NCBI GenBank assembly: GCA_965205165.1
Contig: OZ242037.1
Location: 937,619 to 1,001,618, forward strand
Direction of reading: 5' to 3'
From: Dehalococcoidia bacterium
GTDB lineage: Bacteria; Chloroflexota; Dehalococcoidia; Bin125
DNA length: 64,000 bases
Below the pieces are notes generated by a model. The model searched no databases. It was not told where the DNA came from and saw nothing but the letters and a program-made list of their open reading frames with translations. The position numbers were made by a program, and so were the translations under genes. Each line of letters starts with the position of its first letter. Position 1 is the stretch's first letter. This document shows positions 9,113-19,397 of this stretch, in pieces.

Positions 9113-10561
9113 TTACGGGATTTCGTGGAGCTTCATGAAGTTGGTCGGCTGCCCCTCGCCGAGCGGGAGGCCGCCGGTGACCACGATCTCGTCGCCGGAT
9201 TCGAGGCCCAGGGCCTCCCTTGCGCCGCGCTCCACGTCGTGCAGCATCTGCTCGACGCTGGCGGGCGGGCCGCAGAGCCAGGGCTGGACGCCCCAGAGCA
9301 GCGCGAGGCGCTGCTGGACGTCGCGGCTGGGGGCGAGCACGAGCACGGGGATGCCGAGCCGCTCGCGGGCGATCAACCGGCCGGTGCGGCCGCTGGCCGT
9401 GAATGCCGCGACGGCGCGCACATGGGGCCGCCCGCGGACGGCGGCGCGGACCGAGCGGGCGATGGTGCCGCCGATGTCCGATTGGCCGGCGGGCAGCCGC
9501 GGCTCGGCCGGCTCGATGTGCTCGGCCCGGCGGATGATCCCGTCCATCATCTCGATCACGCGGGCCGGATGCCGGCCGACGGCGGTCTCGGCCGAGAGCA
9601 TCAGCGCGTCCGCTCCGTCCCAGACGGCGTTGGCGACGTCGCTCGCCTCGGCGCGGGTGGGGCGGGCGCGCTCGGTCATGCTTTCGAGCATCTGCGTGGC
9701 GATGATCACCGGGCGCATGGCGCGGCTGGCTTCGGCCACGATCTCGCGCTGCATGACGGGGACTTCGGCCGCGCCGGCCTCGACGCCGAGATCGCCGCGG
9801 GCGACCATCACGCCGTCGGTCTCGGCGATGATCGCCGGCAGCGAGCGCATCGCGGAGACGGTCTCGATCTTGGCGATCAGCGAGAGATCGCGCCCGCTCC
9901 CCCCAATCGCGTCGCGGGCGTCGCGCACGTCCTCGACGCGGCGCACGAAGGAGAGCGCGAGGTAGTCGAAGCCCGCCTCGGCGGCGAAGCGGATGTTGCC
10001 CCGGTCGTCATCGGTGACCGCCGGCAGCGCCCCGCCGACATCGGCCGCGTGCAGCCCGGCGCGCGAGGCGAGCCGCCCGCCGGCGCGGACGGTCGTCTCG
10101 ATCCGGTCGCCGTCCACCGCATCGACGCGGAGCTCGATCTCGCCGTCGCGCAGGAAGATTCGCGCGCCGGGTTCGACCTCGTCGGCGAGCGGCAGGTAGG
10201 AGCAGCCGATCTCGAGCCGGCCGCCTTCCAGCGAGGGCGCGGCGTCTTCGCGGGCGATCAGGTCGACCCGGTCGTCGCGGGCGAGCTCGCAGCCGTCGGG
10301 GACTTCGCCGACGCGGATCTTCGGGCCCTGCAGGTCGCCGAGGATGGCGATCGGCTTGCCCGTTTCGGACTGCGCGGCGCGGACGGCCGCGGCGGCCGCG
10401 GCCCATGAGTCCCTGTCGCCATGCGAGAAATTGATCCGGGCCACGTCGAGTCCGGCCCGGACGAGTTCGCGCACGGAGGCAGGATCGGAGCTGGCGGGGC
10501 CGAGCGTGGCGACGATCTTGACATGGGGCCGGTCGTTCTCGCCGGCCACGACTTGGATCAT
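9113..10561 (-). CDS. pyk: pyruvate kinase
   Basis: 482 aa with IVATLGP, MVARGDLG and the C-terminal allosteric domain. Full-length PK family. Confidence 0.92.
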   Translation of the reverse strand: MIQVVAGENDRPHVKIVATLGPASSDPASVRELVRAGLDVARINFSHGDRDSWAAAAAAVRAAQSETGKPIAILGDLQGPKIRVGEVPDGCELARDDRVDLIAREDAAPSLEGGRLEIGCSYLPLADEVEPGARIFLRDGEIELRVDAVDGDRIETTVRAGGRLASRAGLHAADVGGALPAVTDDDRGNIRFAAEAGFDYLALSFVRRVEDVRDARDAIGGSGRDLSLIAKIETVSAMRSLPAIIAETDGVMVARGDLGVEAGAAEVPVMQREIVAEASRAMRPVIIATQMLESMTERARPTRAEASDVANAVWDGADALMLSAETAVGRHPARVIEMMDGIIRRAEHIEPAEPRLPAGQSDIGGTIARSVRAAVRGRPHVRAVAAFTASGRTGRLIARERLGIPVLVLAPSRDVQQRLALLWGVQPWLCGPPASVEQMLHDVERGAREALGLESGDEIVVTGGLPLGEGQPTNFMKLHEIP

Positions 10562-10646
10562 CGCGGATCCTCCCGTCGGGCGCTCGAAGGGCCGCCCGGT
10601 CGGGGCGGCCCTTCGAGCATCGCCGTTGCGGCGGGCCGGAGCGCGG

Positions 10647-12687
<2,041 letters not shown>

Positions 12688-12766
12688 GCTGTCGCCGGCG
12701 ATCTCCCAAGTGCGGAAGTGGAGCAGCGGTCGCTTCCGCTCCCCCGCGGCGGCCCGGCGCTCCGGG

Positions 12767-13057
12767 CTAGAAGTCGAAATCGTCGTCGCCGAAATCGAAG
12801 TCGTCGTGGCTGTGGCCGTGATCGTGGCCGTGCCCGCCCATGCCGCCCATCGCGCCCATGTCGAAATCGTCCATCCCGAAGTCGTCGCCGAACGAGCTGG
12901 AGGCCGCGCCGGTGTGGATGGCGACGCCGGCGCCGAAGATGCGGGAGCCGGAGCCGTCGCAATCGCCGCAGTCGGCTGTTGCGGGCGCCTGGCCCATTTT
13001 CGCGATCCGCTCGAAGGTTTTCGAGCAGGCCTCGCAGCGGTACTCGTAGATCGGCAC
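12767..13057 (-). CDS. FmdB-family zinc-ribbon regulatory protein
   Basis: GTG start gives VPIYEYRCEACSKTFE...CGDCDG.., the FmdB CxxC...CxxC zinc ribbon. It ends in an acidic/His-rich tail (HGHDHGHSHDDFDF). The track ORF 12767..13699 is an over-extension. Confidence 0.75.
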   Translation of the reverse strand: MPIYEYRCEACSKTFERIAKMGQAPATADCGDCDGSGSRIFGAGVAIHTGAASSSFGDDFGMDDFDMGAMGGMGGHGHDHGHSHDDFDFGDDDFDF

Positions 13058-13147
13058 GGCGCCCTCCCGTCCAGGCCCTTTCAGCGCGCATATCTTACTC
13101 CCGTGCGTTGCCCGCCCGTTGGCCCGCCCCTGGAGAGGAAGCCCGCC

Positions 13148-14440
13148 GTGCCCGACATCCGCGATTACTGCGACCGACTGTGGAACGGGGAGATCGACAC
13201 GGTGCGCGAAGCGCACCCGATCGGCGGGATGTGGAACGACCGCGAAACGGACGAGATCGCGGACGGGCTGCTCTACTACAAGTCGGTCTCTTCCGCGAAC
13301 ACCTTCGACGCCGGCGACGGGCTGGTGATGGTCGACACGGGCGGGGAGCGCGATGCGGAGAACATCCACGCCGGCGTCCGCCGCTGGCGGCCCGACGCGC
13401 CCCTGAGGGCGGCGATCTACTCGCACCACCACGTCGATCACACCTTCGGCGTCGGCCCGTTCGACGCGGAGGCGGGGACGCCGATCCCGGTCTACGCGCA
13501 CGAGGCGATCCCCGAGCACTTCGACCGCTACCTGCGCACCATCGGCTACAACACGGCGATCAACTCGCGCCAGTTCTTCCGCCCCGGCATGAGCGCCGAG
13601 TTCCGCCTCCCCTGGCCCGAGCAGTACCGCTACCCGGACGTGACCTTCCGCGACCGCCTCGATCTGCGGATCGGCGAGCTGACCTTCGAGCTGCACCACG
13701 CCCGCGGCGAGACCGAGGACGCGGTCTGGACCTGGGTGCCCGAACGCTCGGTGCTCTGCCCGGGCGACCTGTTCATCTGGGCCGTGCCCAACGCGGGCAA
13801 CCCGCAGAAGGCGCAGCGCTGGGTCGGCGAATGGGCGGCCGCGCTGCGCAAGATGGCATCACTGGGCGCGGAAACGATGCTGCCCGGCCACGGCTTCCCG
13901 ATCTTCGGCGCCGACCGCATCGCGCAGGCTCTGAACGACACGGCCGAGCTGCTGGAGTCGATCGAGAACCAGACGTTGGCGCTGATGAACGAGGGCTGTT
14001 CGCTCAACCGCATCCTGCACGAGGTCGAAATGCCCGCGCACCTGCTCGACAAGCCCTACCTGCGCTCGGCCTACGACCACCCGGAGTTCATCATCCACAC
14101 CGTCTGGCGCTACTTCGGCGGCTGGTACGAGGGCGAACCCGACCGCCTGATGCCCGCCCCGCGCGGCGCGGAAGCAGCGGAATGGGTCGCCCTCGCCGGC
14201 GGGATCGGCCCGGTCCTGGAGCGCGCCCGCGCCCTGCTCGACGCGGGCGATCTGGTCATGGCCAGCCACATCATCGAGGGCGCGGCCGCCGCCGGCCCCG
14301 CGAACGCCGAAACCCACGCGCTCCGCGCCGAGATCTACGACCGCCGCGCCGCCGCCCAAGATTCGAGCATGGCCCGCGGCATCTTCGCCTTCGCCGCCTC
14401 CAGCAGCCGCGAAGGCAAGCGCGACGCCTTCAGCGGCTAA
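13148..14440 (+). CDS. MBL-fold metallo-hydrolase, alkyl/aryl-sulfatase-like (N-terminal MBL plus dimerisation domain; no SCP2 tail)
   Basis: HHHVDHTFG and MLPGHGFPIFG are MBL motifs. PYLRSAYDHPEFIIHTVWRYFGGWYEGEP matches the alkyl-sulfatase dimerisation domain. Putative GTG start at 13148 within track ORF 12242..14440. Confidence 0.7.
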   Translation: MPDIRDYCDRLWNGEIDTVREAHPIGGMWNDRETDEIADGLLYYKSVSSANTFDAGDGLVMVDTGGERDAENIHAGVRRWRPDAPLRAAIYSHHHVDHTFGVGPFDAEAGTPIPVYAHEAIPEHFDRYLRTIGYNTAINSRQFFRPGMSAEFRLPWPEQYRYPDVTFRDRLDLRIGELTFELHHARGETEDAVWTWVPERSVLCPGDLFIWAVPNAGNPQKAQRWVGEWAAALRKMASLGAETMLPGHGFPIFGADRIAQALNDTAELLESIENQTLALMNEGCSLNRILHEVEMPAHLLDKPYLRSAYDHPEFIIHTVWRYFGGWYEGEPDRLMPAPRGAEAAEWVALAGGIGPVLERARALLDAGDLVMASHIIEGAAAAGPANAETHALRAEIYDRRAAAQDSSMARGIFAFAASSSREGKRDAFSG

Positions 14441-15948
14441 ATCCGCATCCGCCGATTCTCGTATCCGAGCGGCATCGGCAGGTCCGGCAACCTGCCGTCG
14501 AAGTAGTCCTCGATGCTCCAAATCTGGAGCTTGCGGTACTCGCGCCCCAGCACCTCCGTGAACCCGGCGGTGACCGCTTCTTCTTCCATCCCCGCGGTGA
14601 ACGACGCCGCGTCCATCACGGCGAATACGCCCAGATCGGCGCCGGCGTCGGCCATCGCGGCCTTGAAGGCGCGGACATCGCCGCGAGCGGTGCGGCCGGC
14701 TTTGACCTGCATGACGACCGTCCCGTATTCGGTCCTCGCGCCCTTGCCGCGCCCTTCGGATTTCACGTAGCGCATGCGGCCGTCTATTCCGCCGTCGCCG
14801 GTCTGCCGCTTGTTGGGGCGGAAGCCGGTGACCCGCGTGACCGCCCACGTCTCGAATTGGAATGGCTGCGCCGCGAGCAGGCGGGCCGACGCGAGATCCT
14901 CGGGCGCCCCGATCACATCCGCCTCGGCGCCCAGCGCCTGCATCCGTTCCTCGACCAAGCCGACGGCCAAGTGCGTGATGTCCACGCCGACCCAGCGGCG
15001 ATCGTTCTTCAGCGCCACGGCCATGGCGGTGCCGCAGCCGCAGAACGGGTCCAGCACCAAGTCCCCCTCGTTGGACGAAGCGAGGATGATCCGCTCCAAC
15101 AGCGCCTCCGGCTTCTGCGTGGGGTAGCTCAGCCGCTCTTTCGCCTGCGGATTGAGAATCGGGATCTCGAAGACGTCAAACGCGGGAGTTCCCTCGTGAT
15201 CGCGGTACACGACGCGGTCGTAGTCGTCGGGATCCACGTCGCCGCGCTCGACAGCCGCCTCGAACGTCTCGGCATCCTCGACGATGATCTGGCGCTTGCG
15301 CTCGCCACCGCTCTCGTAGGTGTTTGTGTTCCAGCCGCGCGCCATCGGCGCCCGGGTCGGCGAGGTGGGGACGTACAGCTGGTTGAACACGACATCGTCG
15401 GACCTTCCGTAGAACAGGATCACGTCGTGCATCCGCTGGAATCGCTTCGCGGCCGCCGCCCAGCGGCGGTAGAACCAAACGATCTCGTTGCGGAAGTTCC
15501 CCGCCCCGAACACCGCGTCCATCAGGATCTTGAGATAGTGGCTCGCGGTCGGGTCGCAGTGCAGGTAGATCGAGCCGCTCGGCTTGAGCACGCGGTGCAG
15601 CTCCGCGAGCCGGATCGCCATCATCGCCAGATACGCCGTCATCTGATTGGTGCCCAACGCGGACACGAGCGAGTCCAATAGCGCGCCCGCCCGGGGCGAC
15701 GGCGAATCATCCCGCAGCAACTCCTCGAGCGCGCGCTGCGACTCCGCACCCCAATGCCAAGTGTCGACGAACGCCTCGATCTGGGCTTGCGGAGCGCGCC
15801 CCGACTCATCCCGGAAGAGCACGTTGTAGGTGGCATTCGAGTTGAACGGCGGATCCAAGTAGACGAGATCGACCGATTCATCGGGAAAGTGCTCGCGCAG
15901 CACCTCCAAGTTGTTGCCGTAGAACAGCTTGCCATGCAGATCATCCAT
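14437..15948 (-). CDS. beta-class N4/N6 DNA methyltransferase fused to a C-terminal Mrr-type (PD-(D/E)xK) restriction-endonuclease catalytic domain
   Basis: 503 aa. Motif IV DPPFNS precedes motif I VLDPFCGCGTAM, the beta-class order. The C-terminal ~140 aa (GDGGIDGRMRY...VMQVKAG...VFAVMDA...KLQIWSIEDYFDG) matches Mrr_cat. Stop codons overlap with the sulfatase-like gene. The start lies 13 nt after the original TPK stop. Confidence 0.8.
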   Translation of the reverse strand: MDDLHGKLFYGNNLEVLREHFPDESVDLVYLDPPFNSNATYNVLFRDESGRAPQAQIEAFVDTWHWGAESQRALEELLRDDSPSPRAGALLDSLVSALGTNQMTAYLAMMAIRLAELHRVLKPSGSIYLHCDPTASHYLKILMDAVFGAGNFRNEIVWFYRRWAAAAKRFQRMHDVILFYGRSDDVVFNQLYVPTSPTRAPMARGWNTNTYESGGERKRQIIVEDAETFEAAVERGDVDPDDYDRVVYRDHEGTPAFDVFEIPILNPQAKERLSYPTQKPEALLERIILASSNEGDLVLDPFCGCGTAMAVALKNDRRWVGVDITHLAVGLVEERMQALGAEADVIGAPEDLASARLLAAQPFQFETWAVTRVTGFRPNKRQTGDGGIDGRMRYVKSEGRGKGARTEYGTVVMQVKAGRTARGDVRAFKAAMADAGADLGVFAVMDAASFTAGMEEEAVTAGFTEVLGREYRKLQIWSIEDYFDGRLPDLPMPLGYENRRMRI

Positions 15949-15963
15949 CAGCTGAGGCTATCG

Positions 15964-16031
15964 GGGCAGCCGCTGCTGGCGGAAGTGGTGGGTGGCGAAC
16001 GCCTTGCCGGTCCCGATGCGGATCATCGCGC
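15964..16031. repeat. 68-bp direct repeat copy A (orphan copy of the TPK 3' coding tail); 67/68 identical to 17314..17381
   Basis: gggcagccgc(t/c)gctggcggaagtggtgggtggcgaacgccttgccggtcccgatgcggatcatcgcgc occurs twice. In the TPK frame it reads ...AMIRIGTGKAFATHHFRQQRLPR*. Confidence 0.9.
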
Positions 16032-16034
16032 AGC

Positions 16035-16066
16035 GCGAAGGCAAGCGCGACGCCCTCAGCGGTTAA
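16035..16066. repeat. 32-bp copy (2 mismatches) of the sulfatase-like gene's 3' end including its stop codon (original at 14409..14440)
   Basis: gcgaaggcaagcgcgacgcc(t/c)tcagcgg(c/t)taa. The copy sits immediately 3' of repeat copy A and 10 nt upstream of the 254-aa ORF. Confidence 0.85.
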
Positions 16067-16075
16067 CGTGAGGGC

Positions 16076-16840
16076 ATGGCGATAGTCGACCTGACGCTCG
16101 GACTCGAAGGCGATCCCCCGCCGGAGGTTTACGTGCGCGCAGCGCAGTGCCTCGACGAACTCGCGTCTGCACTCGCCGCCGAACAATCGTCCGTGCAGGC
16201 GGCGGTTTGGCACATGTCCGGCGCAGGGACGGGGCGCGGCGCGGTCAGCATCGCCGGCGAGTGCGCCAGCGACGAGCTGGCCGACGGGATTGCTCGCCGC
16301 TACTTGGCGATCGGGCGGATCCTTGCCCGCCAAGCGGCGGCGGAATGCTCCGAGCCTGTCCGCGGCACCGCTTCGGCGATGGCGCAACTGCTTCAAGGCG
16401 GGGTGGCGGCATTGCGCTTCGAAACCGCCTCCGGAACGGAATGGGCACCGCGGCCGATGCCTGAACCCCGCGAGGTTCCGGAGTGCGTGACCGGCTGGCG
16501 GGCGGCGCAAGCTGCACCGGTCGGCGTCCGCTTCGCCGTGCTCGACGAAATCTCCAGCCAGTCCGTCTCCTGCTATCTCGATCAACCCGACCAGCACCTG
16601 CATGAAGCGCTTCGCGACAGGCGCGTCACGGTGCACGGGCTGGTCACCTACCAGGCGAACGGCGAGTGCGCCGCCGTGGTGCGGGCGATCACGAAAATCG
16701 AACTCGATCTGAGCGCCCAAGACGACGCTTGGGGGCAATCCATGCAGATCGGCGCGGGAACGCCCGCCGGCCCCGGCTCCGTCACTTGGTTCCTCGAGGA
16801 GCGCGAACGCGCCAGGGAACGGTTCTGGCGTGAACGGTGA
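16076..16840 (+). CDS. hypothetical protein (254 aa), translationally coupled to the downstream PIN gene
   Basis: ATG preceded by gaggg. Third-position GC is coding-like. It ends (…WFLEERERARERFWRER*) 11 nt inside the PIN gene start. The antisense track ORF 15941..16738 is Arg-rich junk. Confidence 0.55.
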   Translation: MAIVDLTLGLEGDPPPEVYVRAAQCLDELASALAAEQSSVQAAVWHMSGAGTGRGAVSIAGECASDELADGIARRYLAIGRILARQAAAECSEPVRGTASAMAQLLQGGVAALRFETASGTEWAPRPMPEPREVPECVTGWRAAQAAPVGVRFAVLDEISSQSVSCYLDQPDQHLHEALRDRRVTVHGLVTYQANGECAAVVRAITKIELDLSAQDDAWGQSMQIGAGTPAGPGSVTWFLEERERARERFWRER

Positions 16841-17303
16841 GTCCTTCGACTATTGGGACGCATCGGTGTTCATCCACCGGGCCAGCGCCAATCCCGATCA
16901 TCTCCCCGCAATCGAGCGGACATTGGGGCGTTACGCGCCCGGCGAGCGCCGCATCGCCACATCGGCACTGACCCTCGCGGAGGTCGCGTTCACTGCCTCG
17001 GAGATCGTGCGCGGCGCGCGCAACGAAGTCACATTCGCGCCCTCCGCCGAACAGGAGCAGCGGATCGAGCGGATGCTGTCCAACGCCGCGGAAGTCCGCA
17101 TCGTCCCGCTCGATGAGGAGATCGGACGCCGCGCCCGCGCACTCGTCCGACTCGCGCTTAGCGAAAGCCGCCGCCTCGATCCTCCCGACGCGGTCCACCT
17201 GGCCACTGCAGAGGCGGTCGGAGCAACCGCCGTCTATACCTACGACGGCAAGTGGGCGGCTTGGGCGCGAACGCTCAACGTGAAGATCGGGAGGCCGGAG
17301 TAA
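16830..17303 (+). CDS. PIN-domain ribonuclease (VapC-like toxin)
   Basis: GTG start. The four acidic PIN residues are present: DASVFI, LAEV, DAVHLATA, TYDG. Its 3' end overlaps the TPK 3' end convergently by 29 nt. Confidence 0.75.
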   Translation: MNGESFDYWDASVFIHRASANPDHLPAIERTLGRYAPGERRIATSALTLAEVAFTASEIVRGARNEVTFAPSAEQEQRIERMLSNAAEVRIVPLDEEIGRRARALVRLALSESRRLDPPDAVHLATAEAVGATAVYTYDGKWAAWARTLNVKIGRPE

Positions 17304-17976
17304 TCCCCGCCCAGGGCAGCCGCCGCTGGCGGAAGTGGTGGGTGGCGAACGCCTTGCCGGTCCCGATGCGGATCATCGCGCGGTCGTTGATCAGTTCGTT
17401 GCTGATGCCTTGGGCGCGGCCGCGTTCGAGCGTTGCGTTCGAGAGCGACCACTTGAGGCCGACGGTTTCGACGCCTTCGATGCGGTCGGTGATCGGGATG
17501 ATGCCCGCGTAGTCGCCCGGCGCGCCGTGGAAATGGGTTTCGCGCACGCCGTCGCCGTGCAGGACGGTGATCGCGGTCCAGCCGTCCACGGCCCAGGTCG
17601 GGATGCCGCGCAGGCGGTCGCCGGCGAGCAGTTCGAGGTTGCCGAGCTCGTGGTCGAGGCGGTCGCCGCCGAAGACGCCGAGCGCGATTAGGGAGGTCGC
17701 GCCGCGGGCCAGCGCTTCTGCAATGGCGACATCGGCGTCGGTGCGCTGCTGCGGGGCGGGATGCGGGACGATGGCGGCGCCGGCCGCGCGGTGATCGGCC
17801 AGTTCGTCCGGGCTGAGCGAGTCGAAGTCGCCGATCAGCACGTGCGGGGCTATGCCCAGCGCGGCGAGGCGGCGCGCGCCGCCGTCGGCCGCGACGATCA
17901 AGCCGGCCCCGTCGAGCGCGGAGCGGACGAGCGCCGAGTCGTCGATCCCGCCGCCCAGGGCGACGACGGCCTGCAT
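17275..17976 (-). CDS. thiamine pyrophosphokinase
   Basis: MQAVVALGGGIDD...LIVAADGGARRL...HVLIGDFDS matches the TPK catalytic and thiamine-binding domains. The last 12 codons are encoded by sequence outside repeat copy B, so the C-terminus differs from the orphan copy. Confidence 0.8.
   Translation of the reverse strand: MQAVVALGGGIDDSALVRSALDGAGLIVAADGGARRLAALGIAPHVLIGDFDSLSPDELADHRAAGAAIVPHPAPQQRTDADVAIAEALARGATSLIALGVFGGDRLDHELGNLELLAGDRLRGIPTWAVDGWTAITVLHGDGVRETHFHGAPGDYAGIIPITDRIEGVETVGLKWSLSNATLERGRAQGISNELINDRAMIRIGTGKAFATHHFRQRRLPWAGITPASRSSR
17314..17381. repeat. 68-bp direct repeat copy B (inside the functional TPK gene)
   Basis: Identical to 15964..16031 except for one T/C difference. 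Confidence 0.9.
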
Positions 17977-17994
17977 CGGCGCGGGGGCGCGGCG

Positions 17995-19206
17995 CTAGTC
18001 GGCCGTAGCGGGCTCCGCGGCCCGCTCGGCCGCGCCGTTGAGCGCGGCGACGCCCTTGGCGAACTCCTCCGGCATCTCCTTGCCGCCGTCCGCGAACGCC
18101 CGCGCCATCGCCTTCGTGCCCGCGCCGAAGATGTCCAGCTGCCGATCCTCCACGAAATCGCGCGATTCCACGATGCGGTCGATCTGCCCTTGGAAGCGCG
18201 GCGCGACGTAGCGCATGAAGAGCTCGTAGGAGCGTCGCGTGGCGTCGCTCGACGCCCATTCATGCGCCATCCCCATCAGCCCGCCGACGCCGCCGGAGCG
18301 CTCGTGCAGCGCCTCGACCTGCTCGATCACGTCGTCGACGCCGCCGACCAGCACCTCGTTGCGCTCGATCGCCTCCTCAATCGTCGGGGCCTGGTTGGCG
18401 AAGAGGCCGCCGCGCCGGCCCTCGTCGCGCACGTCGCCGATGTAGGCGCGGCCCTTGTAGCCCTCCGCCACGTCGGCGATCGCCTGCTCGCGCGTCTCGG
18501 CGACGTGGATCGGCACGACGGCCCGCCAGTCGGCGCGATCGGCGGCGTGCCCGTTCTCCGCGGCCGCCTCCGCGTACCAGTCCCAGACCCGGGTCAGCCC
18601 CTCCGGGTCCGAGGTGCCGGCGACGGAGAGCATGCCGGCGCCGAACTTGCCGGCCAGCTGCGGGCCGGAGGGCGTGAGGATCACGGCGACGGCCAGTTCC
18701 GGGTGCGGGTCGGAGAACCAGGCCATCTGCAGCCGCGCCTCGGTCAGCGAGAACCAGTCCGTCTCCATCGTGACCGGCTCCGGGCTGGTCGCCAGCTGCA
18801 CGATCGCGTCGAAGCCCTCGTGCATGCGGCGGCGCTGCTCCTCGGGCGGGATGCCCATCTGCACCGCATCCGAGGTGAGCGCGCCGGGGCCGACGCCGAG
18901 CATCGCCCGCCCGCGGGTCATGTGGTCGAGCTGCAGCAGATCGTCGGCGATCATCAGCGGGTGGTGGTAGGGGATCGAGACGACGCCGGTGCCGAGCCGG
19001 ATGTGCCTGGTGCGCTGCGCGGCCGCGGCGATGAAGATCATCGGGTTCGAGATCAGCTCGCGCGCGAACGAGTGGTGCTCGCCGATCCAAGCCTCGTCGT
19101 AGCCGAGATCGTCGAGCAGCTCGATCAGCTCCAGATCGCGCTGGAGCGCCAGCGTGGGGTGCTCGCCGACCCGGTGGAAGGGCGCGAGGAAGATGCCGAA
19201 CTTCAT
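17995..19206 (-). CDS. LLM-class flavin/F420-dependent oxidoreductase (luciferase-like monooxygenase)
   Basis: MKFGIFLAPFH...LGYDEAWIGEHH... is the TIM-barrel LLM family. Start taken at the internal ATG at 19206. Confidence 0.8.
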   Translation of the reverse strand: MKFGIFLAPFHRVGEHPTLALQRDLELIELLDDLGYDEAWIGEHHSFARELISNPMIFIAAAAQRTRHIRLGTGVVSIPYHHPLMIADDLLQLDHMTRGRAMLGVGPGALTSDAVQMGIPPEEQRRRMHEGFDAIVQLATSPEPVTMETDWFSLTEARLQMAWFSDPHPELAVAVILTPSGPQLAGKFGAGMLSVAGTSDPEGLTRVWDWYAEAAAENGHAADRADWRAVVPIHVAETREQAIADVAEGYKGRAYIGDVRDEGRRGGLFANQAPTIEEAIERNEVLVGGVDDVIEQVEALHERSGGVGGLMGMAHEWASSDATRRSYELFMRYVAPRFQGQIDRIVESRDFVEDRQLDIFGAGTKAMARAFADGGKEMPEEFAKGVAALNGAAERAAEPATAD

Positions 19207-19397
19207 CTTGCGGGGTCGCCAGGACATTGCGCTGCTCCAGTTCACGCGGCCGCCGCGCGGCCGCAGTCGAGGGTAACGGGAGCACCGCGCTCCGCGCCGG
19301 GAAACGCGCCGCCCGACGAGGGCGTTCCGATTCTGTTAGTTTCGGGCGAAACATCGGAGCAGCCGCCCGTTCGGCGGGCGGGTTGGGAGCGAGCACG

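Noticed and set aside
15941-16738. 265-aa minus-strand ORF antisense to the 254-aa hypothetical gene
   Set aside because: Arg/Gly/His-rich junk-like translation. The plus-strand ORF has an RBS, is coupled to the PIN gene and has a coding-like third-position bias, so the plus-strand ORF was chosen.
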